A DNA stretch of 39,181 nucleotides from a virus (lineage: Duplodnaviria; Caudoviricetes), in IMG/VR virus record IMGVR_UViG_3300012352_000293, positions 1-39,181 of that record, one strand, 5' to 3'. The first letter of the stretch is position 1, and every line of letters starts with the position of its first letter. A program made the translations under genes and the position numbers. This document shows positions 33,057 through 39,181 of this stretch, piece after piece. The notes beneath the pieces were generated by a model. It saw nothing but the letters and a program-made list of their open reading frames with translations, ran no database searches and was not told the origin of the DNA.

Positions 33057-33578
33057 TTAATTGTCGTTTGACCAACCATAAGAATTGCCGCCAACGGGGT
33101 GAATGGTAAATGTGAACTTACCTTCAGCAGATGGGGACATATCCCACTGCAAACCACCAACGCGGCCATTAAAGGCATAAGCGACAGTGTCAACGCCATC
33201 ATAAACAGCAATAACATAAGTGCGAATGGTTGTGCCGTTGTAGCCATCATCACGAATCAACAACTGTGCAGGGTCTGCGGGATTCCATGCAGAAGTAATT
33301 GTTAACGATGTAACTTGGTTCTGTGTGGTGATCTTTGCACCAGTACGCGCACCCGCAACAGAATATGCCGCAAACGCATCGTCTGCACCGAATGAGGGGA
33401 TTGCTTCGACAGGAACTTGAATGCCATTAGCACCAGTGCCGCCCGCAGACATACCAACGATACCGCTTACAGTACTCCATTGAGATAAATCCGGATCAAT
33501 AAGCGGGCTAGGTGATGAACCGCTTTGACACCATAGGGTCGCTACATATCCGGGTAAAACCTTGTTAATTAAAGCCAT
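33057..33578 (-). CDS. Major tail tube protein
   Basis: 173 aa; LTITSAWNP, YAFNGRV...FTFTI; GAAGGA RBS; position. Confidence 0.8.
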   Translation of the reverse strand: MALINKVLPGYVATLWCQSGSSPSPLIDPDLSQWSTVSGIVGMSAGGTGANGIQVPVEAIPSFGADDAFAAYSVAGARTGAKITTQNQVTSLTITSAWNPADPAQLLIRDDGYNGTTIRTYVIAVYDGVDTVAYAFNGRVGGLQWDMSPSAEGKFTFTIHPVGGNSYGWSNDN

Positions 33579-33613
33579 TTTGAATCTTCCTTCAGAGAGT
33601 TAAAAAAGATATC

Positions 33614-34036
33614 TTATGTTGGAATGTCAATAGTGCAATCTAAAAAGATTTGCGCTAAATTTTCTTCGTTGTTATAACTGTTGTAGAGCCAAAACACATC
33701 TGCTTTGGCGATAAAGAAACCGCCATCAGAAGGGTTGCCAAACATACCGCTATAACCATGCAATGATTGTAATATTTGGTTAGATAAAGTAAAGCCATCT
33801 TCTATGTTCTGCGAAAAAATCGAGATTTGGAAAACGGGCCTGTCAATACCTTTATTAGATTGTGTCTGTCCAGTGTAAACGGGTTGATGCACATTCCGCA
33901 ACATCCAAGTTATGAACTTAGGTTGGTTTGCAAAGTTTCGGTTGAATGCCGCGTAAACAGGCACGGGCGTAACAATGTTTGCCAACTGATATTGGATTGC
34001 TTTTCCATACTGAACGACATTGTTTTGTGTTGCCAT
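33614..34036 (-). CDS. Tail terminator protein
   Basis: FQISIFS...LHGYSG; position after stopper. Confidence 0.7.
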   Translation of the reverse strand: MATQNNVVQYGKAIQYQLANIVTPVPVYAAFNRNFANQPKFITWMLRNVHQPVYTGQTQSNKGIDRPVFQISIFSQNIEDGFTLSNQILQSLHGYSGMFGNPSDGGFFIAKADVFWLYNSYNNEENLAQIFLDCTIDIPT

Positions 34037-34038
34037 TT

Positions 34039-34383
34039 TTAAACCGATGTAACAGGGTCTGAACGATAGCACATGAAAGTAACGCGCATTCTGTCGTTAG
34101 ATTCTCTTGCATCAGTGATTCGCCAATCTGCATTGCGCCACCTGATTGAATACAACTGTTGGCTATCAACAATGGTTTTCATGTTTGGCGTGTAGTTCAG
34201 CGTAAAGTTAACCAAGTCTTGATATAGCCTGTACTTTTCAGAAATACGAACGCTATTTGAAACATCGCCAACAAGCGCACGGGTTGCAAACCATTTAGTT
34301 TGCGTTGTGCTTTGTTCACCAAAACTTGACTTGCCAAAAGTCAAATTGTTAATGTCGATATTTTCAAAACGCTTGATTGCCAT
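34039..34383 (-). CDS. Head-tail stopper / adaptor
   Basis: 114-aa beta protein (FTLNY...IRWRNADWRI); position. Confidence 0.7.
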   Translation of the reverse strand: MAIKRFENIDINNLTFGKSSFGEQSTTQTKWFATRALVGDVSNSVRISEKYRLYQDLVNFTLNYTPNMKTIVDSQQLYSIRWRNADWRITDARESNDRMRVTFMCYRSDPVTSV

Positions 34384-35055
34384 TTACATCACCAAAGGTT
34401 TGTATGGGCGCAACAATGTAGCAACGCCAAATGGAATTTCTTTCAACTGCGTATCTGTTGTATTGCTTCGGTTGTTGTAAAGGTGAGTAAACAACAACAA
34501 GCCTGCCTGTTTAATAACAGGATAAGAAGCAAGCGGGTTTGCAACAGTTGAATATTCGCAAATAATTGGTGCGGTCATTTCACTGTTAATGCTTGTTGGC
34601 AAAGTCTGAACAATGACTTTGTTGCCGCTTGCATCGTAGTAATATTCACTAGGCGAAACAACTGTTAGAACAGGCGGTGCGCTGTTGTTCCAATAGGCAA
34701 CCGAATTGATTGTTACGCCTGCCAAGTTTGCTGTTTGGTTTTGAGATACTTCAGGCAAATCTAAACAAACAGGCGATGTTGCCAAGTTTTCTGCACCATA
34801 CCAAACGCGATATGTGACAGGGAAAATTGAAAGACCTAAGTAATCTTCAATTGCAAGGCGAACTGCCAGTTCCAGTGAATTGATATAACCATCTTGCGAT
34901 TCATCATCAAACAAGTTGATTTGGTTTGCCAGTTCCTCCAAAGTCAACCAGTGTGTCGAAACATCGCGACCAATCTGTTCAAACTTCACATAACTGAACG
35001 GGTTGCGGGTTGCCGCCCCGTAGGGCGCACCTAGAAGTTGGTTATCTACTGACAT
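34384..35055 (-). CDS. Head-tail connector (HK97 gp6-like)
   Basis: LTLEEL...IEDYLG...IKQAGLLLFTHLYNNR...LLRPYK. Confidence 0.88.
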   Translation of the reverse strand: MSVDNQLLGAPYGAATRNPFSYVKFEQIGRDVSTHWLTLEELANQINLFDDESQDGYINSLELAVRLAIEDYLGLSIFPVTYRVWYGAENLATSPVCLDLPEVSQNQTANLAGVTINSVAYWNNSAPPVLTVVSPSEYYYDASGNKVIVQTLPTSINSEMTAPIICEYSTVANPLASYPVIKQAGLLLFTHLYNNRSNTTDTQLKEIPFGVATLLRPYKPLVM

Positions 35056-35065
35056 TTAAGCCCCT

Positions 35066-36082
35066 TTAGGCGGCAGACATACGAACGCCTGCAAATGGGT
35101 CGCGTACAGAACTTACAACGCGTTTCTCTGCGTACAGAGTCACAAAACCAACTTGCGTTTGTTCAAACATTTGCACAGACATTTGTTCAGTGTCGCCAAT
35201 TGTTAAAAAGCGATTCCAGTTTGCCAAGTAAATGGGGAACGCATCTGACAAGTATGGGTTAGGAATAACAGGCCAACCGAACACGCGACCAACTGCCGCC
35301 CCGTCAGCATCGCCAATTTCCAAGAACAATGGCAAACCTTGGCTGTCTTTCAATTGACGCAAAGTCTGAATCATTGTTGGGGTCATGTGCCATGCAGTTG
35401 TAGGCAACGCCCAATACTGTGCAGGCAACGCATTGGCCATGTTGGTCATCTTGTTGTAAGTGACCGCAACACCACCATTGCTAACAGTAGCGATGCTGTG
35501 AATACCATTTGTAATAGCCGTACCGCTAGTACCATAAGCACTAGCAGAAGCACTAGCGTAACTATCCAAGCCACGCAAACCATTAGTAGCGCCTGTTGAA
35601 GTAGTTGTACTACCCGCTTGGTCACTATTGAGCACCATTGATTGGCCTTCCAATTGAGCGAATTCAAGCGCCAAATCTTCAACCAATGTTGCATCCAAAT
35701 TATTAACATCGCTTAACACCGCAGTTCTGATTGGCAATTGTGCAACCAACACGCGCACAGGCAGTTGCCAAATGCTTGTATTCACATTAGGTGAACCGCT
35801 GTTAGGCGTAAATGTGTACCCCCAAGGGTTGGTACTGTTTGCGGCATTACCCGTTTTGGCAACGAATTGAGCATCAGAACCATTCACTGCAATTTGGCGT
35901 GAGCCTTGACGCAATGGGTTGGCTTGACGCAGTGCGGCAAACGCATCATCAAAAACAACATTACCACCAACACCCGAACCCGAACCAGTAATACCGCTTG
36001 CTTCACGCAAATCGATATTTACTTTGCCGCCTTCGGTGATGGCTTGTTTGATTCCGTTCAAGATTTTTTCGGTGATAGTCAT
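35066..36082 (-). CDS. Second (minor) HK97-fold capsid protein paralogue
   Basis: Aligns with the main MCP (FAALRQANPLR, PIRTAVLSD, ALPAQYW, LRQLKDSQG, YAEKRV...RDP) but has only a ~28-aa leader. Confidence 0.88.
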   Translation of the reverse strand: MTITEKILNGIKQAITEGGKVNIDLREASGITGSGSGVGGNVVFDDAFAALRQANPLRQGSRQIAVNGSDAQFVAKTGNAANSTNPWGYTFTPNSGSPNVNTSIWQLPVRVLVAQLPIRTAVLSDVNNLDATLVEDLALEFAQLEGQSMVLNSDQAGSTTTSTGATNGLRGLDSYASASASAYGTSGTAITNGIHSIATVSNGGVAVTYNKMTNMANALPAQYWALPTTAWHMTPTMIQTLRQLKDSQGLPLFLEIGDADGAAVGRVFGWPVIPNPYLSDAFPIYLANWNRFLTIGDTEQMSVQMFEQTQVGFVTLYAEKRVVSSVRDPFAGVRMSAA

Positions 36083-36096
36083 AAGAATTCCTGTTT

Positions 36097-36126
36097 AAAA
36101 AAAGCGGGGGATTTTCGCCCCCCGCT
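36097..36126 (-). terminator. Intrinsic terminator between the two capsid genes
   Basis: AGCGGGGG-loop-CCCCCGCT 8-bp stem running into a T7 tract on the minus strand. Confidence 0.85.
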
Positions 36127-36142
36127 AATGGCAACGCAACTA

Positions 36143-37486
36143 TTAGGTTGCTGTGCCTGTGGAACGATAACGAACCAAGGCATTGGGATCACGAACGCAG
36201 GCATTCAAGCGTTTTTCCCCGAAAAATGTTATATATCCGGGCAATGTCTGGTCGTATCTACGCATAACCATGTTCAAGCGGTCGATGATTGTATGGGCCT
36301 GACTCCAGTCACCAAAGAACATTGGGTACTGTGATGTTGTGCCTGCTGAACCAGTTGTTGTTTGTGAAGGTGTATCGCAATACTTGTTCACGACAACATC
36401 AAAGCCCAACAAAGTACCAACGATACCATCAACAGACAAACCTTCGTTACGATTGAAGATTGGTGCGCCATTGTCATCACGCAAAGCGCGAATAGCATTC
36501 AACAGAATTGGGCTAATAACGAACTTAGCGTTAGGTGTCCAATATTGTTGTGGCAAAGCGTAGATGGTGTTAATCACATCAGCATAAGTGATGTTGTTAG
36601 CGCCAACAGTGTTGCCGTTAGTGGTCAATTGGTCGTAAGTGGCAAGGCTATGCAAACCGCTTGTTGAACCAGTGCCGCTAGAACCAAATGCCGCTGTGGT
36701 GCAAGTGCCGCCTGTATAGGTGCTGTTTGCGCCTGCGTATTGGTCAAGGCCGCGTACGCCATTGCTTCCGCCTGTTGCCAAAGATGTAGAACCTTGGTCA
36801 TTATTCCGGATCATGCCGAGGCCCTCTGCCTGCGAAAATTCCACAAGCATATCGCTAACGACATTGGCTTCTAAACCATCGATATCATCCAATGCGGCCG
36901 TACGAATTGGGAACTGCACATTCAGGTCTTGCAGAACCATTTGCCAGATTGTTGTATCTTCAGTTGTGGCCGCGCCATTGTTCTGAATCGCATATCCCCA
37001 AGCCGGTCCAGAATTTCCGGTCTTTACGCGAAATTGGTAACTGCTACCATCAGTTGCAACAGTGCGTGAAACACCGCGCAAAGGATTTGCCAAACGCAAA
37101 GCGGCAAACACTGGGTCATAAGCGGTGCGACCACCTTGATTGTTACCTGAACCAGTCAGTGCAGATGCTTCATTCATGTAAGCATCCATTTGGCTTTGGT
37201 CTGCAAAAATTTGCAGTTCTTTTTCTACGCGGGCATTGCTTTTGTAGAAGTTAGCCAATTGTTCGCGAACACTACGATTCACATCAGCGCGAACTGATTT
37301 TGTCAAAGGCTTAACAACGGCAGGGGCTTGAATCGATGCTACTTTGGCTTCCAAAGCGGCAATAGTTTCTTGCATTTCGTTTTTGATTGCTTCAACAGCG
37401 GCAGGAATTTTTGCTTCAACAGCGGCAATGCTTTCGCTTTGCTTGGCTTCGATAGCATCCAATTTTTCGATAATTTCTTTTGACAT
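36143..37486 (-). CDS. Major capsid protein, HK97 family with N-terminal delta (scaffold) domain
   Basis: ~105-aa coiled-coil N-terminus; IRALRDDNGAPIF, TLLGFDVVVN, FGDW, EKRL...DPNA. Confidence 0.95.
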   Translation of the reverse strand: MSKEIIEKLDAIEAKQSESIAAVEAKIPAAVEAIKNEMQETIAALEAKVASIQAPAVVKPLTKSVRADVNRSVREQLANFYKSNARVEKELQIFADQSQMDAYMNEASALTGSGNNQGGRTAYDPVFAALRLANPLRGVSRTVATDGSSYQFRVKTGNSGPAWGYAIQNNGAATTEDTTIWQMVLQDLNVQFPIRTAALDDIDGLEANVVSDMLVEFSQAEGLGMIRNNDQGSTSLATGGSNGVRGLDQYAGANSTYTGGTCTTAAFGSSGTGSTSGLHSLATYDQLTTNGNTVGANNITYADVINTIYALPQQYWTPNAKFVISPILLNAIRALRDDNGAPIFNRNEGLSVDGIVGTLLGFDVVVNKYCDTPSQTTTGSAGTTSQYPMFFGDWSQAHTIIDRLNMVMRRYDQTLPGYITFFGEKRLNACVRDPNALVRYRSTGTAT

Positions 37487-37488
37487 AA

Positions 37489-38265
37489 TTAACCTTTAAG
37501 TCGTTTATCAAGTTGTTTAAGAAGTTCACGGGCTTCGAGAGCCGCAAGAATTTCCGCTTCGGTAGCCGCCACATCTGATTCACTCAAATCTGGTGCAATT
37601 TCAATTGGCGCAGGAACTGCATCGCGCAATTCCAACACTTTCTTGAATACAGATGCAGACGCTACCGCATCTTTCTTGGATAGCCCAACTTCACGCAAGG
37701 CTTGTTCCAAAACTTTTAAATCGGCACTACCATCAGGTCGGAAATATTCCAACTTACTGACTTCTGCCATAGGATTATTTGGGTACATCACAACAGACAC
37801 TTCACGCAATCCGCCTTTAGTAATTTGAAAATATGCTTCGTCTGATTGGTCGGGTTCGCCTTCAGCGTTGACCATTTGATATTCTTCAGCGTATGCACCA
37901 ACAGAAACACCGCCAAACATGGCGGGGCTTTCTTGCATAACTTTGTAAAGGTCTGAACCCATTGTGGTGTTCATATACAAACGGCCTTCTGCCTTCATGC
38001 CTGTATCGTCAAACTCAAATGCAGTCCATTCCCCAACAGGGATTGCATCTGCATCGTGATTGACAAACATTGGCAGTGGTCGGCCTGAGTTTGCAAATTC
38101 TTTTGCCCATTGCATGAAGCCTTCGGGCTGATAATTAAACCGCCTACCATCTGCGCCTTCGCGTGCGCCCCAAGTAGTTACAGTGGCTTCAATTTTTCCT
38201 GTGCTTGCGCCCTGCTTTTCCAAAACTAGTTTGGCTTCGCAAACCATCATCAGGTTTTTGGTCAT
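37489..38265 (-). CDS. Prohead maturation protease (HK97/S78 family)
   Basis: PMFVNHD..IPVG.W, GVSVG, LREVSVVMYP; GAGG RBS. Confidence 0.93.
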   Translation of the reverse strand: MTKNLMMVCEAKLVLEKQGASTGKIEATVTTWGAREGADGRRFNYQPEGFMQWAKEFANSGRPLPMFVNHDADAIPVGEWTAFEFDDTGMKAEGRLYMNTTMGSDLYKVMQESPAMFGGVSVGAYAEEYQMVNAEGEPDQSDEAYFQITKGGLREVSVVMYPNNPMAEVSKLEYFRPDGSADLKVLEQALREVGLSKKDAVASASVFKKVLELRDAVPAPIEIAPDLSESDVAATEAEILAALEARELLKQLDKRLKG

Positions 38266-38398
38266 AGATTACCTCATCAACTTTAGTTCGGTCGATGTCA
38301 TATATTGTTTTAGGTGGTCGCCCTCGTTTCGGGGGCGTTTCTGTATTTGGCTTATATGTTGCCAACGATGCTATCACAACTCGAAAAATATGTGACAC
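38189..38398 (-). CDS. Small AT-hook-containing protein, second allele
   Basis: PKRGRPPK; orthologous to 294..506. Confidence 0.65.
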   Translation of the reverse strand: MSHIFRVVIASLATYKPNTETPPKRGRPPKTIYDIDRTKVDEVIYDQKPDDGLRSQTSFGKAGRKHRKN

Positions 38399-38408
38399 TT
38401 TATTTTTA

Positions 38409-39181
38409 TTATTTGCCGATGTTCATTTTACGGGTTTGATTGCCGCCACCACCGCCAGTATCTTGGGGGGATGTGCCTGCAATCGGCTTATCTTTTCCAC
38501 CTTTATCAATCAATTCATCTGCGCCTGTAATGTTGGGCATTCCCAAATATTCACGGGCTTCGTTAGGGGTCATAATGCCATTTGTAACACCCGCGGTTGC
38601 AAAATTCATTTGATCTAATGGTGCGCCTTTCAGGAAATTGCGCGTATCAAATTCAATGGACAAATTTGGATAACCAACAAACAGATGTTGCTTTAACTTC
38701 TGCTGAATGTTAATCAAAGTTGGATACATGGTGGATTTATAGAATTCATCCATCATGGTTTGGGTGTTATTGTATTTTGAATCGCCAACACCAATCATGG
38801 CCGCGGGAACACCAAACAAACCGCAGATTCGCTTCATGGTTTGTTCTTTCAATTTGGCCGCGTCTGTGTCTTGCAGGGTCAGCATATCCAAAGGCGTGTA
38901 TTTCATACCTTGGTCAAGCAACATACCTTGGCCTGCCTTGCTTGGGTCGCTTGGCTTGCTAGAAACCATTGCAGACCATGCTTCTTTCAATCGTGCCGCG
39001 ATTTCTTTGTACTTGGCATCAGGAATGACTTGTTCGCTAGTAAACATACCAGAAGGCTTCGCGCCATTCTGCATGATGTAGTTTGCGTAAAGGTCAATAT
39101 CTTGGTCAAGCGATACCAACTCAGCGGCCAAGATGCCTTTGTTGAAACCCGCAGAACCTTGCCAGTTCATTTCCTTAATGT
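38409..39181 (-). CDS. Portal protein, 3' part (second allele, truncated by window edge)
   Basis: About 6 aa differences from 514..1911 over 253 aa. Confidence 0.92.
   Translation of the reverse strand, partial: IKEMNWQGSAGFNKGILAAELVSLDQDIDLYANYIMQNGAKPSGMFTSEQVIPDAKYKEIAARLKEAWSAMVSSKPSDPSKAGQGMLLDQGMKYTPLDMLTLQDTDAAKLKEQTMKRICGLFGVPAAMIGVGDSKYNNTQTMMDEFYKSTMYPTLINIQQKLKQHLFVGYPNLSIEFDTRNFLKGAPLDQMNFATAGVTNGIMTPNEAREYLGMPNITGADELIDKGGKDKPIAGTSPQDTGGGGGNQTRKMNIGK

Larger units (their letters stand above)
37896..39181. repeat. Imperfect terminal direct repeat, right copy
   Basis: Matches 1-1286. Confidence 0.95.

Noticed and set aside
33053-33253. Hydrophobic N-terminal extension of ORF 32825..33253
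   Set aside because: Overlaps the tail tube gene in another frame; the ATG at 33052 fits the operon spacing.
36083-36145. Read-through or frameshift fusion of the two capsid genes
   Set aside because: Tandem TAA TAG stops, a terminator hairpin, and a separate AGGA RBS for the second gene.
37896-39181. True direct terminal repeat of the virion
   Set aside because: Copies differ at many synonymous sites, cut through genes, and the packaging module is cos-type.
1-39181. tRNA genes, integrase/att site, recoded genetic code, introns or inteins
   Set aside because: No cloverleaf or recombinase motifs noticed. Core genes are full length under the standard code and use all three stop codons. Terminase and capsid sizes leave no room for inserts. 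A tRNAscan and HMM run would be needed to be certain.

Overview
The window looks like an essentially complete (~37.9 kb unique) HK97-like siphophage genome, linearised inside the head module. Bases 1-1286 repeat bases 37896-39181 imperfectly (roughly 85-90% identical by eye, mostly third-codon changes). The minus strand carries portal, terminase large and small subunits, HNH nucleases, small accessory genes, a Mom-like DNA-modifying acetyltransferase, a DUF1376/YdaU replication initiator with an internal origin, and a 50-aa Cro-like repressor missing from the ORF track. A short plus-strand early arm (10.2-14.6 kb) holds promoter-led small-gene cassettes, ERF recombinase, YqaJ exonuclease, an SSB-like protein and a MazG-like protein. 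The rest of the minus strand holds lysis, tail fibre, tail tip, tape measure, -1-frameshift tail chaperone, tail tube and neck genes, TWO tandem major capsid paralogues and the prohead protease. No integrase, CI, partition genes, tRNA or CRISPR array were recognised. Highlights: (1) a repeated regulatory cassette (upstream 15-mer box, sigma70 promoter overlapped by a TATAAG-N4-CTTATA operator, covarying 5' hairpin, RBS) in front of four small unknown genes, sharing its operator with the leaderless cro-like gene; (2) two capsid genes separated by an intrinsic terminator and sharing a putative Glu-Ala maturation site; (3) a conserved AT-hook micro-ORF overlapping the protease; (4) a tail fibre whose C-terminal half is Cys-rich, next to a 2OG-Fe(II) oxygenase; (5) several candidate structured RNAs; (6) apparent AGCT/GATC/CCGG avoidance. 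All calls come from reading motifs by eye; no database searches were run.
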